This document shows, piece by piece, positions 38,299 through 47,128 of a DNA stretch of 64,000 bases. A program made the position numbers and the translations under genes. Source of the stretch: Elusimicrobiota bacterium (GTDB taxonomy: Bacteria; Elusimicrobiota; Elusimicrobia; UBA1565; JACRDR01); NCBI GenBank assembly GCA_041694815.1, contig JBGFSC010000006.1, positions 1 to 64,000 of the forward strand, in the 5' to 3' direction. Position 1 is the first letter of the stretch. Each line of letters begins with the position of its first letter. The notes under the pieces are model-generated. The model did not search any database. It had not been told where the DNA came from and saw only the letters and a list, made by a program, of their open reading frames with translations.

Positions 38299-39386
38299 TA
38301 TCCGATGAGTTGCGCCCTGGGGCCGCCCGTGTAGCCGGTGAGCATCTTGAAGCCCTCGAGGTTGTGGGCGCGCGACATCGCCTCCTCCGGGCTCACCAGC
38401 CCGCCCTTGACCAGGTCGGCCAAGGCCTTGTCCATGGGGATCATGCCGAACTTGGCGCCGGTATCGATGGCCCCGTAGAGCATGTGCGTCTTGCCCTCGC
38501 GGATGAGATTGCTGATGGCCGGGGTCATCACCATGACCTCGCGGGCGGCGATGCGGCCCTGCCCGTCGCGGCGCGGGAGCAGAAGCTGCGAGACGACCCC
38601 CTGCAGGGCCGTCGAGAGCATCACGCGGATCTGCTGCTGCTGGTGCGGAGGAAACACGTCGATGATGCGGTCGATCGTCGACGGCGCGTCCTGGGTGTGC
38701 AGGGTGCCGAAGCAGAGATGCCCCGTCTCGGCGGCGGTGAGCGCCAGGGAGATGGTCTCCAAGTCGCGCATCTCGCCGATCAAGATGACGTCCGGGTCCT
38801 GCCGCAGGGCGTGCTTTAGGGCGTCGTTGAAACTCTTGGTATTTTGCCCCACCTCGCGCTGGCGGAAGACGCATTGCTTGGATTCGTAGACGAACTCGAT
38901 CGGGTCCTCGATCGTGAGCACGTGGCATTTGTACTTTTGGTTAATGAGCTCCATGATCGCGGCGAGCGTAGTCGACTTGCCCGAGCCGGTGGGGCCGGTG
39001 ACGAGCACGAGGCCGCGCGGCAGGTCGGCGAACTCGACGACCGTCTTGGGCAGGCGCAACTGCTCCGGTGTGGGGATATTGGAGGAGATGACGCGCATGA
39101 CCGCCTCCACGCCCGTGCGTTGGGCCAGCACGTTGACGCGGAAGCGCGCCAAGCCCGACACGGCGAAGGAGCAGTCGAGCTCCCAATGCTCCTCGAACTT
39201 GGCGCGCTGCTCCTCGTAGAGGATCGAGTAGATCAAGCGCTTGGACTCGTCGGCGTTGATCGAGGGAAAGCCTGGGATCTCGGCCATGTCGCCGTCGAGG
39301 CGCATCATGGGGGGCTTGCCGATGACGATGTGGATATCGCTCGCTCCGGCCTGCACCGCGGCTTTAAGCACCTCGACTAATTCCAT
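38298..39386 (-). CDS. pilT: Type IV pilus retraction ATPase
   Basis: ASDIHI, RFRVN, TGPTGSGKSTTLAA, TIEDPIE, ALRQDPDVILIGEMRD.ET, AAETGHL..GTLHT. Confidence 0.95.
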   Translation of the reverse strand: MELVEVLKAAVQAGASDIHIVIGKPPMMRLDGDMAEIPGFPSINADESKRLIYSILYEEQRAKFEEHWELDCSFAVSGLARFRVNVLAQRTGVEAVMRVISSNIPTPEQLRLPKTVVEFADLPRGLVLVTGPTGSGKSTTLAAIMELINQKYKCHVLTIEDPIEFVYESKQCVFRQREVGQNTKSFNDALKHALRQDPDVILIGEMRDLETISLALTAAETGHLCFGTLHTQDAPSTIDRIIDVFPPHQQQQIRVMLSTALQGVVSQLLLPRRDGQGRIAAREVMVMTPAISNLIREGKTHMLYGAIDTGAKFGMIPMDKALADLVKGGLVSPEEAMSRAHNLEGFKMLTGYTGGPRAQLIG

Positions 39387-39479
39387 GAAGCCTCCCGGGT
39401 CCCTTTGCTTTGCGGCGGGTTCTGCCACGCCACCCCGCCGCATTTCAAGCATAAAGGATGCACGGTAATGCCAATCCTG

Positions 39480-40331
39480 TCAAGGAGAGATTTTCTTGCA
39501 GCGCTTAAAATCCCGGCCGAACACGATCGCCACGGGCGCGGCCGCGCGGGGGTCGGGCCGCGCGAGCACCTCGGCGTCCGGGCAGCCGATGGCCCGGGCG
39601 GCGCGCTCGGCCCGAGCGGGCCAGGCGCCTCGGTCGATGAGCAGGGTCGTCTCTTCCTCCGTCGGGGCGTTGCCGAAGGCGACCACGTCGAGGCCCTGCG
39701 CCCGCAGGGCCTTCGTGGCGGCGAGGGCCAACCCCTGCCTGCCCGAGGCGTTGAGGAGTTCGACCTGGAGGAGGCCCCCGGGTTCGTCCTCAGGACCTAG
39801 GATCCGACGCACGGTCTCGGGCACGTCGTCGGGCGACCCAAGCCAATGCAGGCGGATCGCGCGTGGAGAAGTCCGATACGCCTCGAGGACGAGCAGGAGA
39901 CGGTCGAAGGCGCGCAATGGGAACGCGCCGTCGAGCCGGCCGAGCAGCGCCGACAGCCGGCCCCAGAAGCGCAAATCCCTGGAAGCGTCCGCGAGTCGGG
40001 CGCGCAGACGCCGGGGGGAAGGCGCATCGCCGGGAACGTCGATCGAGAGCCCGAAACGCGGTTCGGGCAGGGCGAGAATCCATTCCTCGATGCCCTTATT
40101 GCCCGAGGCTACGTAGAGCAGGGACAATTCCGAACGCGCCGGCAGATAGAGCAGCGCGTATATTTGGGCCTGCAAGGCGTTAGGGCGCAGGGTCAGCAGG
40201 CAGGAGAGCGGGGCCCCGGAGCGCAGATGCGCGGCCATCCTTGAGCGAGCGGTGAGAAAGGCGAGGGCGGCGACGCCCGCGAGCAATAGGGCGGCGAGCC
40301 ATGCTTCCCTTTTTCTTTCGGGGCCGTTCAT
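39480..40331 (-). CDS. LytR C-terminal domain membrane protein
   Basis: N-terminal TM; VELLNASGRQGLA...GLDVVAFGNA...IVFGRDF. Confidence 0.8.
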   Translation of the reverse strand: MNGPERKREAWLAALLLAGVAALAFLTARSRMAAHLRSGAPLSCLLTLRPNALQAQIYALLYLPARSELSLLYVASGNKGIEEWILALPEPRFGLSIDVPGDAPSPRRLRARLADASRDLRFWGRLSALLGRLDGAFPLRAFDRLLLVLEAYRTSPRAIRLHWLGSPDDVPETVRRILGPEDEPGGLLQVELLNASGRQGLALAATKALRAQGLDVVAFGNAPTEEETTLLIDRGAWPARAERAARAIGCPDAEVLARPDPRAAAPVAIVFGRDFKRCKKISP

Positions 40332-41452
40332 GGGATGGAGCGCAGCAGAGCCGCCCCCATGGGGTGCTCCCAATGCCCCATCGACCTGGCGTGCCGCAGC
40401 TTCATTCGCGCCGCCCGCTTGAAGGCCGAGTCGAGATCGCGCATGGCCAGCGCCCTCAGCGGCGCGGCCTCAGGGAAGTTCCTGTCCGGAGAAGCGGCGT
40501 CGGCCACGTACAGAAGGCGCTCGAGGCGGCTAAGGCCGGGCTTGCCCAGGGTATGATGCGCGATGGCGCCCAAGACCGCGGCGTCGGAAACGCCGAAGCG
40601 GCGGCGGGCCATGTCCGCGCTGATATAGGCATGCGCCAAGAGCGGGGCGTGCCGTAAGGTTTTGGATTTGGCGGGAATTGGAAGGCGCCGTCTTAGGGCA
40701 TAGCGGCGCATCTGCGCCGGATCGAGCGATCTCCCGCAGTCGTGCAATAGCCCGGCGCGGGCCGCGGACTCGATATTTTCGCCGTGCGCGCGGGCCAGGC
40801 GCGCGGCCAGCCCCGCGACGGCCAAGCTGTGGCGGTAGCGCTCGGGCTTGAGCTCCCGGCGGAGCGCCTCGCGGATGCCGGCTCCGTAGAGGCCGTTGCG
40901 CCGGATATACCGCAGGACCGGCGCGGGGATTTGCGCGGAGCAGTCCTCTCCTAGGAGCAGTCGCGCGCGCAGTTCGCTCGAGGAGATGTCGGGGAAAACC
41001 CCCGGCAGTAGGAGGTCGGGTCGGCCGAAGGCGGCGGCGCCGGGCCGCCGGCCGACCGCCCATCGGAATCCTTTGCGCAATTCGGCCTGGCGCTTCCAGC
41101 CGCCTAGCGCCGCGAAACAGTCGCTTCCGCAAAGAAACCACAGCTGCTCCGAGGGAAACCTCGAGCGGAGGCGGCGCAGCAGCTGGTAGGTGTAGGTCCG
41201 CCCCTGGCGTTCGAGCTCGAATCGGTCGATCGCCGGCCGCTGCCCGCGGGCGGCCTTTTCCTCGAGCATGAGAGAGAGCATGCGCAGGCGATGGGGGACG
41301 CTCGCGGCGTGAGACTTTTTGAACGGCGAAAGCTTGGAGGGAACGACGATGGTCCGAGACGGCCTAAGCGCCCGGATGCCGGCTTGGAGCAGGCGCGAAT
41401 GCCCCCGGTGGGGGGGATCGAAGCTCCCGCCGAAGACCAGGACGCGGCGCAC
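40328..41452 (-). CDS. nadD: NadD-YqeK fusion (nicotinate-nucleotide adenylyltransferase plus HD-domain Ap4A hydrolase)
   Basis: FGGSFDPPHRGH, GSD, ISSSELR, then RYRHSLAV, GLLHDCG, AIAHHT, YVAD. Confidence 0.9.
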   Translation of the reverse strand: MRRVLVFGGSFDPPHRGHSRLLQAGIRALRPSRTIVVPSKLSPFKKSHAASVPHRLRMLSLMLEEKAARGQRPAIDRFELERQGRTYTYQLLRRLRSRFPSEQLWFLCGSDCFAALGGWKRQAELRKGFRWAVGRRPGAAAFGRPDLLLPGVFPDISSSELRARLLLGEDCSAQIPAPVLRYIRRNGLYGAGIREALRRELKPERYRHSLAVAGLAARLARAHGENIESAARAGLLHDCGRSLDPAQMRRYALRRRLPIPAKSKTLRHAPLLAHAYISADMARRRFGVSDAAVLGAIAHHTLGKPGLSRLERLLYVADAASPDRNFPEAAPLRALAMRDLDSAFKRAARMKLRHARSMGHWEHPMGAALLRSIP

Positions 41453-41514
41453 TCGAATATCCTATCAAACTTGACAAAGGCGGCGGAATTCTGGGATTAT
41501 CGCCGTATTCCCCG

Positions 41515-42681
41515 ATGCTCAAAATACTGCCTTTTTCCGCCGTCCGCTATGACCCGCGCAAGGTTCCCTTGAGTCGGGTTCTTTGCCCGCCCTATGATGT
41601 CATCAGCGAGAGCGCGGCCGCGCGCCTGAGGGCGTGGAAATACAACGCCATTCATCTGGAGTCTCCTAACGGCGGCCCGGGCCGCTACGTACGAGCGGCG
41701 GCGGCCTTCAAGCGCTGGATGCGCGATGGCGTGCTGCGGGCCGACGAGAGGCCTGGCTACTACTTAGTGGAGCAGCGCTTTCGCTTCGCGGGGAAAACCC
41801 GTCGCCGAGTGGGCCTTTTGGCGGCCCTCGGCCTGGATGCCGCGGGACCGGGAAACGTCCGCCCTCATGAGAAGACGCTCACCAAGCCCAAGAAGGATAG
41901 GCTACGCGTTCTATCCACGCTCAAGGTCAATACCAGCCCCATCTTCGGGCTCTACAGCGACTCCTCCGCCTCCTTGCGCCGGATTTTCCTTGGGTCGATG
42001 CAAGGCAGGCCCATCGCCGCCGGCAGGGCCCTGGGGGGGGAAGCCTTCCGCGTATGGAGAATCGCCGATAGCAAAGCCGCTACGGTGGGGCGTTTGTTCA
42101 AGCCCAAAAAAATATTCATCGCCGATGGGCATCATCGCTTCGAGGTCGCCAAGGCCTACTGGCGGCGCGGTCATCGCCGCGCCGGGCGGATGCTGATCTA
42201 TCTCTGCGCCGAGGAGGATCCGGGCTTGTTGGTCTTGCCCACCCATCGGGTGTTGGTGCCCCCCGGTCCGGCGTGGGAGAGGGTGCGGGCGCTTTGCCGC
42301 CTTTCACCTTGCCCGCTGCGGCACCTGGAAGGCAGGCTGGCCAGGAGATCCTCGCCATACGCCTTCGGCGTTTGCGATGACTCAGGGCGGGTTTGGATCG
42401 CCGTGCCCAAGAGCGCCGGGGGCGCGCGCAGCGGCCTCGTCGTCGAATGGCTGGCCCGGAATCTCGCGGCCGATGTGGACCCGCACCGCATCCTATATAC
42501 CCATGAACTCCGGGAGGCCGTACGCATCGCGCGGAGGGAGAAGGGCCTGGCCTTGATCGTGCCCGCCGTCGGCGTGCGCGCCATCCGGAAGGCGGCCGAC
42601 GCCATAGGCCTTCTCCCGCAGAAGTCGACCTATTTCTATCCGAAGATAGCCACCGGACTGGCCTTCCACAGGCTTTCATGA
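41515..42681 (+). CDS. DUF1015 family protein
   Basis: PPYDVI, PHEKT, SPIFGLY, IADGHHRFE, PTHRV, PQKSTYFYPK. Confidence 0.9.
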   Translation: MLKILPFSAVRYDPRKVPLSRVLCPPYDVISESAAARLRAWKYNAIHLESPNGGPGRYVRAAAAFKRWMRDGVLRADERPGYYLVEQRFRFAGKTRRRVGLLAALGLDAAGPGNVRPHEKTLTKPKKDRLRVLSTLKVNTSPIFGLYSDSSASLRRIFLGSMQGRPIAAGRALGGEAFRVWRIADSKAATVGRLFKPKKIFIADGHHRFEVAKAYWRRGHRRAGRMLIYLCAEEDPGLLVLPTHRVLVPPGPAWERVRALCRLSPCPLRHLEGRLARRSSPYAFGVCDDSGRVWIAVPKSAGGARSGLVVEWLARNLAADVDPHRILYTHELREAVRIARREKGLALIVPAVGVRAIRKAADAIGLLPQKSTYFYPKIATGLAFHRLS

Positions 42682-43469
42682 GATTCTCCGTCATCATGCC
42701 GACTTGGAACGAGGGGGCCCAGATCGGCTCCGCGCTCAAGCGCCTGCGCGAAATCTCGGACGAGTCCTCGATGGAGATCATCCTGGTTGACGGGGGAAGC
42801 ACCGATAAGACCGTCGAGCACGCCAAGGACTGGGTCGACCAGCTGAAGGTGCTGGAATCCCCCAATCGAGGAGCCCAGCTGCACGCCGGGGCGGGGCTGG
42901 CCAAGGGTGACCTGTTATTCTTCCTGCATGCCGACACCCAGCCTCCCGGACATTGGCAGGAGCGCTTGGAGAAGGCGTGGCTGGGAGACCCGCACGACTC
43001 CTTGGCGGCGACGGTGTTCTCGGTGGATTACGGTTCCCGGCTTCCCTTGCGGCTCGTGGCTGCGGGCCAAAACTGGCGCGCCCGATGCTTCGGCCTGGCG
43101 TACGGGGATCAGGGTTTTTGCGTCTCCTCCGAGATTTACGCCAAGACGGGCGGCTTCCCCCAGCAACCACTCATGGAGGATATCGAGTTCTGCAACCGGC
43201 TGCGGCGCTTCGGCCGCATCCAGCTCCTGCCGGAGCTCATACGGCCCTCCGCGCGGAGGCTGCAGCGTTCGGGCCCATTGCTCAATTCCCTGCGCAACCA
43301 ATGGATATTCCTGCGCTATGTGTTGGGCGCCGACCCGCAAAAACTATGGCGCCATTACTACAAGAAGGACTTGAAGGAAGCGCCGCCGCCGGCGCCGGAC
43401 ACCGGGGATCCGAGCCGGCATCCCTTCGCGTATTTACGCGAAAAAAAGAGCGAAAACAGGAAGAGGTGA
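42678..43469 (+). CDS. GT2 glycosyltransferase (TIGR04283-like)
   Basis: SVIMPTWNE, VDGGSTD, FLHADT, YGDQG, PLMEDIEF, SARR. Confidence 0.88.
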   Translation: MRFSVIMPTWNEGAQIGSALKRLREISDESSMEIILVDGGSTDKTVEHAKDWVDQLKVLESPNRGAQLHAGAGLAKGDLLFFLHADTQPPGHWQERLEKAWLGDPHDSLAATVFSVDYGSRLPLRLVAAGQNWRARCFGLAYGDQGFCVSSEIYAKTGGFPQQPLMEDIEFCNRLRRFGRIQLLPELIRPSARRLQRSGPLLNSLRNQWIFLRYVLGADPQKLWRHYYKKDLKEAPPPAPDTGDPSRHPFAYLREKKSENRKR

Positions 43470-43470
43470 A

Positions 43471-43695
43471 ATGATCAAGCTACTGATCGCCGCCGTCGTC
43501 TGCGCCGCGCTGTATGTGGGCTTGTCGAAGTTTTGGACGAAGGAAAAGGTGATGGAAAGCGCCCCGGTGCAGTACACCCAAGGCCTGCAGCAGAACGTGG
43601 AGAAGGCGGAAAAGTCCGCCGCGGCCGCCAACCAAAAGATCGCCGAGATGCAGCGGCAGGCCGACGCCTTCCGCCAACCATCTTCCGGCGAGTAG
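43471..43695 (+). CDS. Small membrane-anchored hypothetical protein
   Basis: SD gaggtg, N-terminal TM, coiled coil. Confidence 0.65.
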   Translation: MIKLLIAAVVCAALYVGLSKFWTKEKVMESAPVQYTQGLQQNVEKAEKSAAAANQKIAEMQRQADAFRQPSSGE

Positions 43696-43712
43696 CTGTA
43701 TTTCTGAAAACC

Positions 43713-43775
43713 TAGTACTTTAGGCCTATCCTGGCTGGGAACAAAAAAAGGTCCAAAATTGGACCTTTCGACCCA
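43713..43775. promoter_or_regulatory. Palindromic boxes upstream of the 43832 gene
   Basis: tagtac-ttta-ggccta (43713) and ttggac-ctttc-gaccca (43759, +46); degenerate site at +23. Confidence 0.65.
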
Positions 43776-43831
43776 TGCGCTCAGCCGATTTTCAAGGCAT
43801 ATTTTTATTGAATGGCAGTTTGGGAGGAAAA

Positions 43832-44356
43832 ATGAATTCAAAATCGTTCGTTGTTGCCGCTCTCATGACCTTATGTTGTGTTTCGGGCAGCAATGCCGTC
43901 GATAATAGCGATATCGCCGAGGATATTCGGAAAATCCACAAACACTTTCAGGAGAATGGATTCCGGCATCAGCCGGCCGGATTGCCGCCTCTCAACGGGA
44001 GACGCCAGGACTGGGTTGTCGTGGATCGAATGAACGAGATCATCAAGCATTGCATCACTTATAACTATTGGATCTTGAACCGGCCGGGGGGATTGAACGT
44101 TTTCGGAATGAGCCATACGGATCTGTCCCGTTCGTCCATCGTCTCTTATCTGATGAGCATAGACAGCTATGTGATGGATGCTCGGGAGAAGGCGTGGAAC
44201 CCGAATGCTCGGAATATTCTACAAACGCTTCACGAGCACATCATGCTGCGTGCCCATGCAGCGCCGTTGCGTAGCAAAGACGGTCATTTGCTGACCATTT
44301 ATCATGAGATTTTGGATCTTGCCCAAAAGGCGAAAGAAGCTGAACGTGGTTATTGA
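43832..44356 (+). CDS. Secreted hypothetical protein (lower GC than its surroundings)
   Basis: SD gggagg; signal MNSKSFVVAALMTLCCVSGSNA. Confidence 0.75.
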   Translation: MNSKSFVVAALMTLCCVSGSNAVDNSDIAEDIRKIHKHFQENGFRHQPAGLPPLNGRRQDWVVVDRMNEIIKHCITYNYWILNRPGGLNVFGMSHTDLSRSSIVSYLMSIDSYVMDAREKAWNPNARNILQTLHEHIMLRAHAAPLRSKDGHLLTIYHEILDLAQKAKEAERGY

Positions 44357-44384
44357 TTAGTTCGGTTCCGCACGTCTTCCTAAC

Positions 44385-44447
44385 TAGGCATAAAGGCCTA
44401 ATCATTCCTGGGCCGAAAGACCCGGACTCTTTAGGCCCTTTGTATCC
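44385..44447. promoter_or_regulatory. Three tandem palindromic boxes upstream of the PK-like gene
   Basis: taggca-taaa-ggccta (44385), tgggcc-gaaa-gacccg (44409), taggcc-cttt-gtatcc (44432). Confidence 0.75.
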
Positions 44448-44482
44448 TGCGCCCGACCCCTTTCGCCTGTAAAGTAAAAGGG

Positions 44483-45616
44483 ATGACGCTACGTGTCGCG
44501 TTCGCCTTGTGGTTGGCTTGCTCGCCTGGGGGGTGGGCCCAGGATGCGATTGATCAACTTCGGGAAGCCGCGTTGGCATCAGCTTCCCGGCAGCCCGAGG
44601 CGCCGCCATATGCGGTCGGGCGCTCAATCGGGCTCATCGTTGCCCTGGGACCGGCGTCTTTCGATCCCGAGGTAATCAAAGGGATCGTCCGGGCCGGGGC
44701 CGTCGGGCTTCGGCTCAATATGGCGCACATGGACCGGTCTAAGACGGGGCTAGTGAGCGGAGCGATCGCCGAGGCCCTCAGGGCCGTTGGCCGCGCGACA
44801 ATGCCCGTGCTCTATGATTTGCCCGGTGGCAAGGTGCGTACGGGTCCCGCGCCCGAGGCAGGAAGCGTCGCTCTCCAGGCGGGCCAAGCCTTCGTCTTGT
44901 TCTACGGCGGAAAGCTCGTCTCCTCGACGGCGGATCAAGCGAGCATCGACTATCCGGATTTAGCACCCCATATCAAAATCGGCGATCGCGTGCGGATATA
45001 TCAAGGCGAGATCGAGTTGCTGGTCACCGCGATGTCCGCGGGACGCATCGAGACGAGGGTGCTTCGAGGCGGGAATCTGCGCGGGCATGCGACCGTCGAC
45101 TTCCCCGCGCGGGAACTTCCGTTTCCGCGCATGCGCGAGGAGGATCGGCAAAAACTGCGGATCGCCGTGGAGAACGGCGCCCTGTATATCGGCGTCTCCA
45201 TGGTGCAGAGGCCGGATCAAATGGACGCGATGCGAGAGGAGCTGCTCCGGTTGGGGGCTCCGCATGCCAAGCTGGTGGCCAAGATCGAGACTTTGTCCGC
45301 GCTGGAAAACCTGGACGCTATCGTCGAGCGATCGGACATGGTCATGATCGCGGGAGGAGATCTTTCGGCCGCCGTCGGCGACCAGGAGGCGCTATTGGCG
45401 GCCGAAGGCAAAATCGCCGAGGCGGCCGTTCGGCACGGAAAGCCCCTTATCGCGGCGACGATCTATGAAGGCCCCGACGCCCCGCGGAAAGTCAGGCGGG
45501 CGGCCTCCTTCGGCGCCGATTACATCATGCTCGAGTCGACGGCGATGGCCTCCGACCCCGTGGGCCTCGTTTCCGGTTTTCAGGCCGTCTTAGGCGAGAG
45601 CGGCGCGAGGTTCTGA
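44483..45616 (+). CDS. Divergent pyruvate kinase-like protein with signal peptide and no C-terminal regulatory domain
   Basis: LGPAS, RLNMAH, DLPGGKVRT, AKIET..ALENLDAIV..SDMVMIAGGDL, PLIAAT, ADYIML. Leader MTLRVAFALWLACSPGGWA. Confidence 0.85.
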   Translation: MTLRVAFALWLACSPGGWAQDAIDQLREAALASASRQPEAPPYAVGRSIGLIVALGPASFDPEVIKGIVRAGAVGLRLNMAHMDRSKTGLVSGAIAEALRAVGRATMPVLYDLPGGKVRTGPAPEAGSVALQAGQAFVLFYGGKLVSSTADQASIDYPDLAPHIKIGDRVRIYQGEIELLVTAMSAGRIETRVLRGGNLRGHATVDFPARELPFPRMREEDRQKLRIAVENGALYIGVSMVQRPDQMDAMREELLRLGAPHAKLVAKIETLSALENLDAIVERSDMVMIAGGDLSAAVGDQEALLAAEGKIAEAAVRHGKPLIAATIYEGPDAPRKVRRAASFGADYIMLESTAMASDPVGLVSGFQAVLGESGARF

Positions 45617-47128
45617 TTTTTTAGGCTCATTAGGGTCGAGCACCGGCCCCAGCGCCCAGGACAGCGCGAAGGTGCCAAAGGTTCCCAGGATCACCAGCCA
45701 GCTCCAGCCGAGCGGGAACACCTTGATCTCGGAGAGATGTAGCAGCCAAGCGTTGAGCATGGCCATCAAGACCATCGAGGCCACGTTCGCGTTATCGGCT
45801 CGCCTCTGAGTCAACAGGCCGAAAAGAAAGACGCCCAAAAGCGAGCCGAAGGTGACGCCTCCGATCTTGAAGGCGAGCCAGAGCATTCGGTCGAAAAAAC
45901 TGAAGTAATAGGCGATGGCGCCGAGCAGAACCGCGAAGACGGCTACCGCCGCGCGCGAGACGATAAGGTAATGCCGCTGGCTGGCGTCGGAGCTAATTAG
46001 CGGTTTATAAATGTCGGTGACGAATACCGCGGTCAACGAGGCCAGCGGCGAATCAATGGAGGCCATGATGATCGCGGCCAGCACGAGGCCTCGGAGCAGA
46101 GACGGCATCACCGTGGCGGCGAAGTGAGGATAAATCTTGTCGAGTTTTTCGGGAAGCGCCATGCCTGGGTTGAGCTTGTAGAAGGCGACGAGCTCGGTGC
46201 CGATGAACATGAACAGGATCAAGACCACGAAGCTGCCGAGTATGCTCCAGACCATGGTCCTCTGGCTCTCGCCGCGGGTCTCGACGGTCAATAATTTCTG
46301 CATCAGTTCGTGGTCGGTCCCGAAGGCGGCCATGGAGCCGAAGAAGCCGTTGAGTACGGCCACCCAGAGTATGTTGGGGTCCGAAAAGAATTTCTTGAGG
46401 AAGCCCGGCTCGCCCAGGGGAGGGCCCCAATTCCACAGCTGAAGCTGCCCCGCCTCGCCGGCGATCTTGAAGACGGCGGCCATGCCGCCCTCGATATTCC
46501 AGGCGAGGTAGAAGACGGTCGCCAGGCCCGCCCCGATGAAGGTCAGCGCCTGGAGCACGTTGGTCCAGACCACCGCCTTGATGCCCCCGTACCCGATATA
46601 AAGCATGCCGATGAGGGAAAAGAGCGCGATGACGGGGACCAGGTGCCAGCCGAGCAGCACGCTGACCGCCAGACAGGCGGCCATCAGGCGGACGCCGGAG
46701 GCGAGCAATCGGGTCACGAAGAAGAAGCAGGTCGCCGTGTATTGGGTGCGCCTCCCGAAACGGTGGAGCAGGAACTCGTAGATCGTCGTGCACTTGAATT
46801 TATAGAAGGCCGGTATGAAGAGGAAGGCGATCACGATCTTGGAGGAAGCCGATCCGATGAAGAATTGGGCGTAGTTCCAATTCTCGCGGAACGTGGTGGC
46901 CGGAACCCCGACGATCGTCATGGCCGATATCTCGGTCGCGACGATGGAAAGGCAGGCGACGAACACGGGGATCTCGCGCCGGCCGAGGAAAAAGTCCTCG
47001 GTGGAGAACTGCCTCCTGCCGAAATACCAGCCGACGAAAAACATGAAGGCGAGGATCCCGCCGACGACGGCCATGTCGGCGCCGCCGAGATTGGTCTGAC
47101 CCGAGAAGTACGACGTCCAGTCGTTCAA
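45590..47128 (-). CDS. Sodium:solute symporter
   Basis: EDFFLGRR, SIVATEISAMT..GVP, TIYEFL..RFG, GGIKAVVWT, GTDHELMQKLL; TTG start overlapping the upstream stop is inferred. Confidence 0.9.
   Translation of the reverse strand: MNDWTSYFSGQTNLGGADMAVVGGILAFMFFVGWYFGRRQFSTEDFFLGRREIPVFVACLSIVATEISAMTIVGVPATTFRENWNYAQFFIGSASSKIVIAFLFIPAFYKFKCTTIYEFLLHRFGRRTQYTATCFFFVTRLLASGVRLMAACLAVSVLLGWHLVPVIALFSLIGMLYIGYGGIKAVVWTNVLQALTFIGAGLATVFYLAWNIEGGMAAVFKIAGEAGQLQLWNWGPPLGEPGFLKKFFSDPNILWVAVLNGFFGSMAAFGTDHELMQKLLTVETRGESQRTMVWSILGSFVVLILFMFIGTELVAFYKLNPGMALPEKLDKIYPHFAATVMPSLLRGLVLAAIIMASIDSPLASLTAVFVTDIYKPLISSDASQRHYLIVSRAAVAVFAVLLGAIAYYFSFFDRMLWLAFKIGGVTFGSLLGVFLFGLLTQRRADNANVASMVLMAMLNAWLLHLSEIKVFPLGWSWLVILGTFGTFALSWALGPVLDPNEPKKSEPRAALA

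Noticed and set aside
37930..38928. 332-aa ORF as a long RsfS fusion
   Set aside because: The upstream part is an alternative frame of pilT; RsfS starts at GTG 38298
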